DNA from: Negativicutes bacterium
GTDB taxonomy: Bacteria; Bacillota; Negativicutes; UBA1444
Reading direction: 5' to 3'
DNA: 64,000 bases
Assembly: GCA_963665275.2 (NCBI GenBank)
Contig: CAXXIN010000018.1
Span: forward strand, 256,001-320,000
Below are positions 49,496 to 59,799 of the stretch, piece by piece. The notes beneath the pieces were generated by a model. That model did not search any database. It saw only the letters and a list, made by a program, of their open reading frames with translations, and had not been told where the DNA came from. How positions within the stretch are numbered: position 1 is the stretch's first letter; every line of letters starts with the position of its first letter. The position numbers and the translations under genes were made by a program.

Positions 49496-50853
49496 ATCGG
49501 GAATTGGCGGAAAAAATTCTCAGGGCGGTCGGTGGCCGCCCTAATGTTTTACAGTGTTCTTCCTGCATGACAAGGCTTCGGCTGACGCTGCATGACAGTG
49601 CTCTGGTGGATATGGCTGGGCTCAAGGCAATGGCGGCAGTGCTGGGGGTTCTGGAATCAGGAGGACAGCTGCAGGTAGTACTGGGGCCAGGTCGAGTCAA
49701 GTTGGTAGCAATCGAAGTAGAAAAACTGCTGGAATCCCAGGCAAAGTTGGAGGTCGGGAAGGCAGCGAAGTTAAAAGCGGCTGTTTCGGCCCGGAATCGC
49801 ACTCCCGTGAAGCAATTTCTCGGGCGCCTATCCGCTATTTTTGTGCCGTTGATTCCGGCGATTGTTGCGTCCGGGATGGTGGCGGGACTGACGAACGTTG
49901 CCATAAGACTGGGCGCCGATCCCCAACAAGGCATAGTGCAGGTATTGAATGTTGTTGGCTGGGGGATTTTTGGTTTTCTTACTATTTTTGTCGGCTTTCA
50001 AACGGCGAAAGAATTTGGCGGGACGCCGGCTTTGGGCGGCTTAGCCGGAGTCTTGCTGATCAATCCCGCGATTGCTGCCATCCAGATCAACGGCGAAGCT
50101 TTAATACCGGGTAGAGGCGGTGTTTTTGGCGTTTTGATGGTTGCGGGCTTAATGGCATGGATGGAGCAGCGTATTCGGCGATATGTGCCGCAATCGGTTG
50201 ATGTGATCGTGACACCAACGATTACGCTGCTCGCTGGCGGCATTGCGACTTACTATGTATTGCAACCGGTTAGCGGGTTCCTTTCGGATGGTGTGGTTCA
50301 TCTTTTTCGGACAGCACTGTCATCAGGAGGTTTTTTCGCTGGCGCCTTATTGGCAGGAACTTTTTTGCCACTGGTGATGACCGGACTGCATCAAGGCTTG
50401 ACTCCGATTCACATGGAGTTTTTGAATACGCTGCATGTCAATCCGCTGTTGCCGATTTTGGCAATGGCGGGAGCTGGGCAAGTCGGCGCTTCTCTGGCAG
50501 TGTTATGGAAGACAAAGAACCGGAAATTGCGCCAGCTAGTTAAAGGGGCGCTGCCAGTTGGATTTCTGGGCATTGGGGAACCGTTGATTTTCGGGGTGAC
50601 ATTGCCGCTGGGGCGTCCGTTTGTAACCGCCTGCCTGGGGGCCTCTGCCGGCGGAGCATACCTTGCCTATATGCAGGTGCAGTCAATTGCGATGGGAATA
50701 TCAGGCTTGCCGCTGGCATTTCTGATTCGCGGTGATCAGATCGGTCACTATCTGGTCGGGTTGTGTATTGCCTATGCGGCAGGTTTCCTCATTACCTTGG
50801 GCGTTGGATTCGAAGATCCTCCTGAAGAAATCGACGGAGGTAAGTCGCAATAA
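49492..50853 (+). CDS. murP: PTS EIIBC, MurNAc-type
   Basis: CMTRLR, PGRGG, GLHQ, MAGAGQVGA, GIGEPLIFGVTLPL; context with murQ. Confidence 0.85.
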   Translation: MNRELAEKILRAVGGRPNVLQCSSCMTRLRLTLHDSALVDMAGLKAMAAVLGVLESGGQLQVVLGPGRVKLVAIEVEKLLESQAKLEVGKAAKLKAAVSARNRTPVKQFLGRLSAIFVPLIPAIVASGMVAGLTNVAIRLGADPQQGIVQVLNVVGWGIFGFLTIFVGFQTAKEFGGTPALGGLAGVLLINPAIAAIQINGEALIPGRGGVFGVLMVAGLMAWMEQRIRRYVPQSVDVIVTPTITLLAGGIATYYVLQPVSGFLSDGVVHLFRTALSSGGFFAGALLAGTFLPLVMTGLHQGLTPIHMEFLNTLHVNPLLPILAMAGAGQVGASLAVLWKTKNRKLRQLVKGALPVGFLGIGEPLIFGVTLPLGRPFVTACLGASAGGAYLAYMQVQSIAMGISGLPLAFLIRGDQIGHYLVGLCIAYAAGFLITLGVGFEDPPEEIDGGKSQ

Positions 50854-51939
50854 ATGAATGCATTTGGAATTTCGGCTTTTGTTGCCATGGAGCAGTCTGC
50901 AACTCAAAATATCGAGTATCTGAAACTGGCCCGGAGTTTCGGTTATCAGAAATTGTTTACCTCGTTGCATATTCCTGAGGCCGATTACCAAGTATTCGCT
51001 CCTGAATGTAGAAAACTGCTGGATGCTGCGGGAGAACTGGGTTACGAGGTGACGGCGGATATTTCGCCAAGTTTTTGGACTAAGTTGGGGGTTCTGCCGC
51101 GCGATTTGCGTTCAATCGGCCTTACCACGCTGCGCATTGATTACGGCTTTGATTATCTGAAGATTCGGGAGTTAGCAGAGGTCAGTCGTTGTAGAATCGA
51201 ATTAAATGCGAGTGTTATTACGGAGACCGAACTGGATATAGTGCTTTCCTCAGGGTTGGACCGGCGGTTTCTGAGCGCTGGACATAATTACTACCCCAGG
51301 CCGGAAACCGGACTGGGTTTCGAGATTTTTATGCGTCGATCGGAAGCCTTCAAGACACAAGGTATCCCGGTGTCGGCATTTATTCCCTGTTTGCAGAATC
51401 CCCGCGGTCCGTTCTTTGCCGGGTTGCCAACGGTGGAATCACATCGGGATATGACGACTGCGGAAGCCGTGCGGCAATTGTGGGCATCCGGCGGAGTCGA
51501 CAGCATTTTTTTCGGTGATCCAGCAGTGCCGGCGCTGGTGCTGGAGTCTGCTGTCAGCCAATTCAGCGACTATTCGGGTCCAGTGGTGCTGCGGATAAGA
51601 ACAGAACTTTTGCAATCTGCCTGTAAGTCCATTTTGTGGGCGCCGCTTCATACCAATCGCTTGGATGCGGCTGCGTCAGTGGTCCGGTCGCAGGAATCCA
51701 GAGGACTTTGCCTGTCACCGATTCTGCCGCAGCAGATTGTCCGCGCGAGGCGACGCGGTGACGTGACGATCGACAATGTGAGTTACGGCAGGTATATGGG
51801 TGAGTTGCAGGTGGTCCTGCGGGACTTGCCAGCTGATGACCGGGTGAATGTTGTCGGGAGGGTCCTTGATGAGGATTTGTGTCTGCTTGAATGTTTAACG
51901 CCGGGGCGCTCGTTTTGCTTGAAGGAGGCGAATATCTGA
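50854..51939 (+). CDS. mupG: 6-phospho-N-acetylmuramidase (DUF871)
   Basis: FTSLHIPE, LRIDYG, LNAS, HNYYPRPETGL, GLPTVE.HR, GRYMGELQ. Confidence 0.88.
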   Translation: MNAFGISAFVAMEQSATQNIEYLKLARSFGYQKLFTSLHIPEADYQVFAPECRKLLDAAGELGYEVTADISPSFWTKLGVLPRDLRSIGLTTLRIDYGFDYLKIRELAEVSRCRIELNASVITETELDIVLSSGLDRRFLSAGHNYYPRPETGLGFEIFMRRSEAFKTQGIPVSAFIPCLQNPRGPFFAGLPTVESHRDMTTAEAVRQLWASGGVDSIFFGDPAVPALVLESAVSQFSDYSGPVVLRIRTELLQSACKSILWAPLHTNRLDAAASVVRSQESRGLCLSPILPQQIVRARRRGDVTIDNVSYGRYMGELQVVLRDLPADDRVNVVGRVLDEDLCLLECLTPGRSFCLKEANI

Positions 51940-52859
51940 TGAATTTGGACCGACTGGAGACGGAGCAACGAAACCCAAACAGCCAAAATCTCGATCTTCT
52001 TTCAGCGTATGACATCGTGTCCGTTATCCAACGAGAAGATGAAAAAGTTGCTGTGGCAGTGCGTGGGGCTTTGCCGGCGATCGGGACGGCAGTTGATTGG
52101 ATTGCCAAAGCCCTTCGGGAAGGAGGACGTTTATTTTATATAGGAGCCGGAACCAGTGGCAGACTGGGAATTCTGGATGCTGCCGAGTGTCCGCCGACCT
52201 TCAGCACGCCGCCCGAACTTGTTCAAGGGCTGATAGCCGGTGGGACAGCCGCGATTTTTCAAGCTGTCGAAGGAGCGGAGGATAACCCTCTTTTGGCTGA
52301 AGCGGATCTGAAAGAGCGAGTCCTCGCTCCAGGAGATGTCGTCGTCGGATTGGCTGCCAGCGGTCGGACACCCTATGTGGTTGGCGGACTGAAGTATGCG
52401 AACGCACTGGGATGCCGGACAATTGCCGTGGTCTGCGCCTCTGATTCAGAACTCTCTGGTGTTGCCGGTCTCACAATTGCCGTGCCAGTTGGTCCGGAAG
52501 TGATCGCAGGTTCCACCCGGATGAAAGCGGGGACCGCGCAAAAAATGGTCCTCAATATGCTATCAACAGCGAGTATGGTCAAGATCGGAAAAACTTACGG
52601 CAATCTCATGATCGATGTAAAGGCCAGCAACGCAAAACTGGCGGCGAGGGTTCACCGCATGGTCCGTGACGCAACAGGCGCCGGAGAAAAGGAAGCGGAC
52701 GAAGCGCTCGAGAAGTCCGCCGGCTCAGCCAAAGTTGCAATCGTGATGTTGCTGGCAGGAATTACGGCAGAACAGGCGTTGTGCTGTATCGAAGCGGCGC
52801 GTGGATCCGTTCGTCATGCTTTGGAACTCGCTGTCCAAAAGCCTGAGAGCACTCGATGA
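51939..52859 (+). CDS. murQ: N-acetylmuramic acid 6-phosphate etherase
   Basis: GAGTSGRLGILDAAECPPTF, EGAED, GPEVIAGSTRMKAGTAQK. Confidence 0.95.
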   Translation: MNLDRLETEQRNPNSQNLDLLSAYDIVSVIQREDEKVAVAVRGALPAIGTAVDWIAKALREGGRLFYIGAGTSGRLGILDAAECPPTFSTPPELVQGLIAGGTAAIFQAVEGAEDNPLLAEADLKERVLAPGDVVVGLAASGRTPYVVGGLKYANALGCRTIAVVCASDSELSGVAGLTIAVPVGPEVIAGSTRMKAGTAQKMVLNMLSTASMVKIGKTYGNLMIDVKASNAKLAARVHRMVRDATGAGEKEADEALEKSAGSAKVAIVMLLAGITAEQALCCIEAARGSVRHALELAVQKPESTR

Positions 52860-54046
52860 AAGGCAGGGATATCGTGGATACGGTTGTGTTGAATGCGCGT
52901 ATCGTTTTGCCGGACCGCATCCTGACTGATTATTTGTTACTGATCCAAGATGGCTGCATTGTGGGTGTGCTTCCTGCGCCGGGGAACTGTTCGGGGGATT
53001 CCTATGATTCTGCGGAGACCACAATATGCGATTTTGCAGGCGATTTCGTCGTTCCGGGGCTGATTGATCTTCACGTGCATGGATGTGGCGGCGCAGATAC
53101 CATGGATGCGGAGTCGGCGGCTCTGGACCGGATGGCGGCGGCGCTGTTGCAGCAGGGAACGACTGCGTTTCTGGCGACTACCATGTCTGCTGCCAACGAC
53201 CGAATCCAGGCGGCGCTGTCGGTTGGAGCTCAATTTCGGCAAAGGGATTACAAGGCGGAGTTGCTGGGATTTCATATGGAAGGGCCCTGTATCTCGCCCT
53301 CCTTTCGGGGCGCGCAAAAACCTGCGGCAATTCCGGCGCCGCCATTTCCTGGTGCGGGCGGGGTGAAGATCGTGACGCTGGCGCCTGAGATACCAGAAGC
53401 CGACGCCTATATCGACTGGGCGAATTCTGTGGGTGCCCTGTTGGCTGCCGGTCATTCCGGTGCAAGCTATGAAGAAATGAAAATGGCTATAAGTCGAGGG
53501 GTACTTTTGGTAACCCACGCGTTCAACGCTATGCCGGGGATTCACCACCGTTTACCAGGATTATTGACTGCGGCTTTGCTTGACCCGTGCGTAACGATCG
53601 AATTGATCGCGGACGGTGTCCATATCCATCCTGCAGTTCTGGAACTTGCCCTACGGTTGAAAGGCCCTGACCAGGTTGTGCTGGTGTCGGACGGAACCCG
53701 GGCGGTGGGCATGCCGGACGGCGAATTTGAGCTGGGTGGGCAGAAGACCTATTTGAAAGCGGGACGGATGACTCTAACAGATGGAACGATTGCCGGCAGT
53801 GCCGCACCGCTGCTCGCGGGGGTCCGGCTGCTAACTGAAATTGTGGGCCGTCCACTATATGAAGCGGTGAGGATGGCTACACTGAATCCGGCCAGACTGC
53901 TCAAGGTGGACGGGCGGATGGGCAGCCTGGAAGCTGGGAAAGAGGCAACTTTCTTGCGATTGTCGCCAGAATTGGCATTGATTGAAACCTGGGTTCGCGG
54001 TAAAAAACAGATCAGATATGACAGAGGAGGAATCATCCATGATTAA
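52856..54046 (+). CDS. nagA: N-acetylglucosamine-6-phosphate deacetylase
   Basis: PGLIDLHVHG, HMEGP, TLAPE, GHS, HAFNAM, DGVH, IAGS. Confidence 0.92.
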   Translation: MKGRDIVDTVVLNARIVLPDRILTDYLLLIQDGCIVGVLPAPGNCSGDSYDSAETTICDFAGDFVVPGLIDLHVHGCGGADTMDAESAALDRMAAALLQQGTTAFLATTMSAANDRIQAALSVGAQFRQRDYKAELLGFHMEGPCISPSFRGAQKPAAIPAPPFPGAGGVKIVTLAPEIPEADAYIDWANSVGALLAAGHSGASYEEMKMAISRGVLLVTHAFNAMPGIHHRLPGLLTAALLDPCVTIELIADGVHIHPAVLELALRLKGPDQVVLVSDGTRAVGMPDGEFELGGQKTYLKAGRMTLTDGTIAGSAAPLLAGVRLLTEIVGRPLYEAVRMATLNPARLLKVDGRMGSLEAGKEATFLRLSPELALIETWVRGKKQIRYDRGGIIHD

Positions 54047-55325
54047 AAACGAACTTCTCACCGAAGCAGTCCAATGGCGACGGGAGTTTCACCGTTGTCC
54101 ACAGCCGGCTTGGCTGGAATTCTATTCGACGGCTCTTGTGGCGGAAAAATTGGCCACCTGGGGTTACACGCTGAAAATGGGGCGCGATATCATCGCTCAG
54201 GGCAAGCAATTGTTGTTGCCATCGCCGGAGACGCTGCAAATGGAGTATGATCGTGCGTTGAACGCGGGTGCGAAAGCAGAATTCCTGGAACCTGCCAAAG
54301 GTGGATATACTGGAGTTGTGGCGACACTCACCGGTCCTATGCCTGGTCCGACGGTCGCATTTCGGTTCGATATCGATTCGAATGAAGTGGTGGAGAGTAG
54401 CGAGCCTTCGCATCGTCCTGCGGCAGAAGGGTTTCGTTCGGAGAATCAGGGCTACGCCCATATGTGCGGTCATGATGTCCACACGGCGACCGGGTTGTTG
54501 TTGGCGAAACATTTTGCAGAGAATCGTGAGAACATTAAAGGGACCGTCAAATTCATCTTTCAGCCAAATGAGGAAAATCTCTCTGGCGCTTCGGCCATGC
54601 TCTCTGCAGGAGTCGTTGACGATGTGGATATCCTGTTGGGCGGTCATGTAGGATTGGCGCTTCGGCAGCTGGGGCAGATTTGCTTCAATGTTCACGGATT
54701 CATGGCGCTGTCGCGCTATGAAGTGACGTTTCGGGGTCGACCGACCCATGCGGCACTGCGGCCGGATGAGGGAAAAAACGCTATGTTGGGAGCCTGCGCC
54801 GCAATCACGAACCTTTACGCCATTGCCCGGCACGGATTAGGTGCTTCCCGGATCAATGTCGGTACATTGGAAGCCGGAACAACCTGGAATGTGATCCCGG
54901 ACCGGGCTCGCTTCCGATTGGAGACCCGGGGTGTAAGCAATGAAATCAATCAATACATGACCGAAAAGGCGATGGAAGTGATCCATGGCGCGGCTGCCAT
55001 GTATGGGCTTGAAGTTGACGTGACTCCAGCGGCTGTCGCCTTCAATGCGTCTAATTCCCCAGAGTTGGTGGCGAAGGCGACGGAGCTGGCCACAGAGATG
55101 CCCTCCGTTAAGGAAATCGTTCCGGATGCTGATTTCGGTGCATCGGAAGATGTGACGCTTTTGATGGAGCGAGTTCAATCAAGGGGTGGAAAGGCGATGT
55201 TTACGCTGTTTGGCACACCGACGGCCGGAGGACATCACAATGCGGCCTTTGATGTAGACGAAACGGTTATTCTCAATGCTGCTGAGTTTTTGGCGAAAAT
55301 GCATGAAGCCGTGACTGCGGGATGA
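54039..55325 (+). CDS. M20D amidohydrolase (AbgA-like)
   Basis: WRREFH..P, RFDID, HMCGHD.H, FQPNEE, GASED, GHH..FD. Confidence 0.85.
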   Translation: MIKNELLTEAVQWRREFHRCPQPAWLEFYSTALVAEKLATWGYTLKMGRDIIAQGKQLLLPSPETLQMEYDRALNAGAKAEFLEPAKGGYTGVVATLTGPMPGPTVAFRFDIDSNEVVESSEPSHRPAAEGFRSENQGYAHMCGHDVHTATGLLLAKHFAENRENIKGTVKFIFQPNEENLSGASAMLSAGVVDDVDILLGGHVGLALRQLGQICFNVHGFMALSRYEVTFRGRPTHAALRPDEGKNAMLGACAAITNLYAIARHGLGASRINVGTLEAGTTWNVIPDRARFRLETRGVSNEINQYMTEKAMEVIHGAAAMYGLEVDVTPAAVAFNASNSPELVAKATELATEMPSVKEIVPDADFGASEDVTLLMERVQSRGGKAMFTLFGTPTAGGHHNAAFDVDETVILNAAEFLAKMHEAVTAG

Positions 55326-56602
55326 GACTCCTCGCACGGTGGGTTTCGATTCTCATCGGCGCTTTCATATTATGGGCAGCAGTATCTGACAATCCTGCTG
55401 TATGGACAGTGCGCAACACGCTGGAATATCACGTAACGCGGTCGTGGTGGAGCTTGACCGGCGAACCTGTCGCCAGTAAATCAGGGGATGTCGCGGGGCG
55501 TGTAACAAACCGCTTGGGGAAAGCTATTCCCAAGGCTGTCGTGCTGCTATCCGAGTGGGATGGACGGGTTCACACCGCGCAAACCGATGCCGACGGAACT
55601 TACCGAATTTCTGGGATGCCAATCGGCTTCTATAGGGTTGCGGCGGCAGCGACAGGGTATGATTCCGTGCAGTCGGGCGGACTGCTGCGCGGGGTGACGG
55701 TCCGGCCCGGCCTCCAGGCGGAAGCTTCATTTTGTATGAATCCATCGCAAAAAAAACGATTGTCTCCATTGGCAGTCCCACAGAATGTTGATCCACAGAC
55801 ACTAGTATGCACGAGTCCGATTCCTGGCCAGGCACTGCGTGAAACTTTGAAGTTCAGCGACACCGCTCTGTCCAATCTGATTTTTCTTTACAGGCCGACG
55901 CAGATGATGGATAGACCGTTGCCTGTTCTGCTGGCAGTATACCCCGGACCCGTTGACACCTGGGAATGCGTCAGCATTGGGCTGGCACAGGCCGGCTATG
56001 CAGTGGTGGCCATAGGACCCGCCTATGGCATGGAACTTACTCCGGACGTTGACGTGCTGGAACGATTGGTGATGATGATCAGGCAGGGTGGTTTGGCCGG
56101 AACTGATCCGTCCCGTGTTGCCGCTCTTGGCGGGAGCTACAGTGCGCTTTTGCTTGAGTTGTTGGCCCTGCGTGACACTGGATTGGATGCAATGGTGTTG
56201 CTCGGCCCTCCTACCGATATGTTCGATTTTCGGCGGCGTTTTGAGCGTGAGGGCTTTGTTCCCCCGTTTGGACTGGACCGGGCGCTGGTTGCACTAGGTC
56301 TGCCCAGCCGGGATCCTTTGCGTTACATGAACCATTCGATGGTCTATCAGACTCGCCCGGGACTGCCGGCGACCCTTGTTTTCCACAGTTATCAGGATGA
56401 AATCGTGCCTTACCAGCAGAGTGGGTTGCTTGTCGAAAGTCTGCGTCGACAGGGAGTCGAAGCCGAACTGCGATTGTTCGAAGGCGCCAGCCATTATCTG
56501 CTGGAAGATGGAGAGGCTGCAGTATCGATCTATCATCAGACGCTAGAGTTTCTCCGGCGGCACGGAATGGCGCCGTTTCTAAGGAAAGGAGAACTAGAAT
56601 GA
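55322..56602 (+). CDS. Carboxypeptidase-regulatory-like domain plus alpha/beta hydrolase
   Basis: TDADGTYRI..P.G.Y; GGSYS nucleophile, D..VP, GASH. Confidence 0.72.
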   Translation: MRLLARWVSILIGAFILWAAVSDNPAVWTVRNTLEYHVTRSWWSLTGEPVASKSGDVAGRVTNRLGKAIPKAVVLLSEWDGRVHTAQTDADGTYRISGMPIGFYRVAAAATGYDSVQSGGLLRGVTVRPGLQAEASFCMNPSQKKRLSPLAVPQNVDPQTLVCTSPIPGQALRETLKFSDTALSNLIFLYRPTQMMDRPLPVLLAVYPGPVDTWECVSIGLAQAGYAVVAIGPAYGMELTPDVDVLERLVMMIRQGGLAGTDPSRVAALGGSYSALLLELLALRDTGLDAMVLLGPPTDMFDFRRRFEREGFVPPFGLDRALVALGLPSRDPLRYMNHSMVYQTRPGLPATLVFHSYQDEIVPYQQSGLLVESLRRQGVEAELRLFEGASHYLLEDGEAAVSIYHQTLEFLRRHGMAPFLRKGELE

Positions 56603-57366
56603 AGTTGGCCTTTAGCGGAAAAACAGTGCTCATAACCGGTGGAACTTCAGGGATAGGTCTGGCTGCTGCCCGCCTGTTTCTCGCCTCCGGCGCCCGGGTG
56701 GCGATCTTGGGACGGGATTTGAACAAAGGAACTGTTGCCGTAATGGAGCTATCCTCAGCTTCCGGCCAGACTCCCGATTTTTTTTGCGGCGACGTGACGC
56801 AAGTTGGTGATTGTGAACGCATCCTACGTGAGGTTGCTGAACGTTTTGGGCGGTTGGATGTATTGGTGAATTCTGCTGGTGAATATCTCGAAAAGTCTAT
56901 CGATGACATGTCAGAAGCAGAATTTGACCAGATCATGGCTGTTAATCTGAAGGGAACTTATTTTATGGCGAAAGCAGCAGTTCCTGCATTGAAAGTCAGT
57001 CGGGGCGCAGTCGTCAATGTATCGTCGGATGCGGGACTCAACGGGAACGTGAACTGTACGGCTTACTGCGCAGCCAAGGGCGGTGTCACTTTGTTCACGA
57101 AAGCCCTGGCCCTCGAATTGGCTCCACACGGAGTGCGGGTAAACTGTGTCTGTCCGGGGGATATTGCTACGCCACTGCTGGATCGCCAAGTGTCCGCCGC
57201 AGCCAACCCAGAGGAGTACCGCCGGGAGATGGAATCCGTTTATCCGCTGGGCCGGATTGGCACGCCGGAGGAAGTCGCTGGCGTCATCCTATTTCTGGCA
57301 TCTGACGCCGCTTCGTTTGTGACCGGGGCCGCCTGGGCGGTGGATGGCGGGCTGACTTCTGCATGA
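56599..57366 (+). CDS. SDR family oxidoreductase
   Basis: TGGTSGIG, NSAG, YCAAK, VRVN.VCPG, DGG. Confidence 0.93.
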   Translation: MKLAFSGKTVLITGGTSGIGLAAARLFLASGARVAILGRDLNKGTVAVMELSSASGQTPDFFCGDVTQVGDCERILREVAERFGRLDVLVNSAGEYLEKSIDDMSEAEFDQIMAVNLKGTYFMAKAAVPALKVSRGAVVNVSSDAGLNGNVNCTAYCAAKGGVTLFTKALALELAPHGVRVNCVCPGDIATPLLDRQVSAAANPEEYRREMESVYPLGRIGTPEEVAGVILFLASDAASFVTGAAWAVDGGLTSA

Positions 57367-57412
57367 GATTTCTGCTTCGGCTGCATTGCAATCGTTCTTG
57401 CCTGCCCTGCGG

Positions 57413-57441
57413 TTGACATTGGCAGCGACAGGGCATATAAT
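57413..57441 (+). promoter_or_regulatory. Sigma-A promoter of the thrS leader
   Basis: TTGACA-17bp-TATAAT, perfect consensus. Confidence 0.85.
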
Positions 57442-57464
57442 TTTTGTAATGCTAATATTGGATA

Positions 57465-57703
57465 TCAGTGATGCGGAGGACACGACAGTCACAGGAACCG
57501 TATTCAGAGAGCAAGCGCCGCGGCTGAGAGCGCTTCAGACGGACCTTGACCAGTTACCCCCTCCAAACTGCCGGACTGAAAGATGAGCTGGTAAGTCCTG
57601 CCGGGAGCCCGCCGTTACAGGGGTAATGAGATGGACGCTTCACGCGTCAATTTGGGTGGAATCGCGAGCGAACTCTCGTCCCTTTGTGGGATGGGAGTTT
57701 TTT
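57465..57703 (+). ncRNA. T-box riboswitch (Thr)
   Basis: AGAGA and GCTGAGA stem I motifs, ACC specifier at 57556-57558, T-box AATTTGGGTGGAATCGCG (57649-57666), terminator AACTCTCGTCCC..GGGATGGGAGTTTTTT. Confidence 0.9.
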
Positions 57704-57738
57704 ATTTTCAATTATGGAACATTTGGAGGGTGATAAGG

Positions 57739-59655
57739 ATGGATAGTATCAAGATTACGCTGAAAGACGGCTCGGTGAAAGAAGTGAACAAGGGGATCAC
57801 GTTGGCCGAGATTGCCGCATCCCTTAGCCGGTCGCTGGCGAAGTCAGCCCTGGCCGCCAAAGTGGACGGGAAAGTCGTCGACTTGGGGCGAGCGCTCAAT
57901 AATGATGCCCGGATCGAATTTTTGGGTTCTGACACACAGGAAGGACTGGATGCTCTTCGCCACAGCGCTTCGCATATCATGGCGCAAGCCGTGCAGCATT
58001 TGTTCGGCGACAAGGTGCAGTTTGGCATCGGACCGTGGATTGCCAATGGCTTTTATTATGATATTGACACCGAACACACATTTGTGCCTGAAGACTTGGT
58101 AAAGATCGAAGATGAGATGGAGAAAATCATCAAACAGGATCTGCCCATTGTGCGTCAGGAAATGAGCCGCGAAGATGCAATTCGCTTTTTCGAAGAAAAA
58201 GGACAACTCTATAAAGTCGAATTGATTCGCGACTTGCCGGTGGATGCAGTGATTTCTCTTTATACCCAGGGCGATTTCACCGATTTGTGCGCTGGGCCGC
58301 ATCTGATGTCAACCGGCCGCATTAAAGCGTTGAAGCTGCAAAGCCTGGCTGGTGCATACTGGCGTGGCAACGAAAAGAACAAAATGCTGCAACGGATTTA
58401 TGGCACCGCCTTTGAAAAGAAGGCAGATCTCGATGCGTACCTGACCATGCTGGAAGAAGCTGCCCGTCGGGATCACCGCAAACTTGGCAAAGAACTTGAT
58501 TTGTTCAGCATGCAGGAAGAGGGCCCGGGTTTCCCGTTCTTCCATGCCAAAGGGATGGTTATCAGGAATGAACTCGAGAACTTCTGGCGCAAACTTCACA
58601 CGAAGTTCGGTTATGAAGAGATTAAAACCCCGATTATCCTCAATGAAGAATTGTGGCACAAATCGGGTCATTGGGATCATTATAAAGAAAACATGTATTT
58701 TACCAAAATTGATGATGCGGATTATGCCGTCAAACCGATGAACTGTCCGGGAGGGATGTTGGTCTATAAGACCCGGCATCATAGTTACCGCGAGTTCCCG
58801 ATTCGTGCTGCGGAGTTGGGATTAGTTCATCGTCATGAATTGTCGGGTGCTCTGCATGGGCTGATGCGTGTTCGCAGCTTTACCCAAGATGATGCCCACA
58901 TTTTCATGCTGCCGTCTCAAATTAAGGATGAGATCATGGGCGTAATGGATCTGTTCAATATTGTATATTCGACCTTTGGACTGTCCTATCATGCGGAACT
59001 TTCCACCAAACCGGAAAACGCCATGGGATCCGACGAGGTATGGGAAGTCGCGACATCAGCACTGCAGCAGGCGCTGGATGAACGCGGCATGCCTTATAAG
59101 ATCAATCCCGGCGATGGCGCCTTCTATGGCCCCAAAATTGATTTCCACCTGAAGGATTCCATCGGACGCACCTGGCAGTGCGGCACGATTCAATTGGACA
59201 TGCTGATGCCGGAGCGTTTCGATTTGACCTATATCGGTGAAGATGGCCAGAAACATCGTCCGGTCATGATCCATCGCGTGGCCTTTGGCAGTATGGAGCG
59301 TTTCATCGGCATACTTATCGAACATTACGCAGGTGCTTTCCCCGCCTGGATCGCTCCGGTGCAGGTCAAAATATTGCCGATAACCGATCGGAACATTGCC
59401 TATGCACAAAAACTGGCCGGGCTATTGCGTGAACTGGATGTCCGAGTCGAAATCGATGATCGAAGCGAGAAGATTGGCTATAAAATTCGCGAGGCGCAGA
59501 TGGAAAAAGTTCCTTTCATGCTGCTTTTGGGTGACAAGGAAGAAGAGGCTAATGCCGTGGCGGTTCGGGTCCGTGGCAAGGGAGACGTGGGAACGATGCA
59601 GTTCGCCGCGTTCGAGGACATGGTACTGGAAGCCATCAAGACAAAAGCTCAATAG
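57739..59655 (+). CDS. thrS: Threonine--tRNA ligase
   Basis: TGS domain, RHSASH, DLCAGPH, RDHRKLG, KPMNCP, GAFYGPK, GSMERF. Confidence 0.98.
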   Translation: MDSIKITLKDGSVKEVNKGITLAEIAASLSRSLAKSALAAKVDGKVVDLGRALNNDARIEFLGSDTQEGLDALRHSASHIMAQAVQHLFGDKVQFGIGPWIANGFYYDIDTEHTFVPEDLVKIEDEMEKIIKQDLPIVRQEMSREDAIRFFEEKGQLYKVELIRDLPVDAVISLYTQGDFTDLCAGPHLMSTGRIKALKLQSLAGAYWRGNEKNKMLQRIYGTAFEKKADLDAYLTMLEEAARRDHRKLGKELDLFSMQEEGPGFPFFHAKGMVIRNELENFWRKLHTKFGYEEIKTPIILNEELWHKSGHWDHYKENMYFTKIDDADYAVKPMNCPGGMLVYKTRHHSYREFPIRAAELGLVHRHELSGALHGLMRVRSFTQDDAHIFMLPSQIKDEIMGVMDLFNIVYSTFGLSYHAELSTKPENAMGSDEVWEVATSALQQALDERGMPYKINPGDGAFYGPKIDFHLKDSIGRTWQCGTIQLDMLMPERFDLTYIGEDGQKHRPVMIHRVAFGSMERFIGILIEHYAGAFPAWIAPVQVKILPITDRNIAYAQKLAGLLRELDVRVEIDDRSEKIGYKIREAQMEKVPFMLLLGDKEEEANAVAVRVRGKGDVGTMQFAAFEDMVLEAIKTKAQ

Positions 59656-59696
59656 CAACGCGTCATTCTCCATCAATATACCTGTGCTCTTGTATA

Positions 59697-59746
59697 GAAG
59701 AGGGGCTGTTCCGAAACTTGTGTTTCGATACAGCCCCTCCTTTTCT
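59697..59746. terminator. Bidirectional terminator
   Basis: GAGGGGCTGT.....ACAGCCCCTC stem between convergent genes. Confidence 0.8.
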
Positions 59747-59799
59747 ATTTAACCCGATATAATCTATATTTACACAGGGTGCTCGAAAATTTGTGTCTA

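Noticed and set aside
59697-59746. MITE or IS-end relic
   Set aside because: Single copy in the window and adequately explained as a bidirectional terminator
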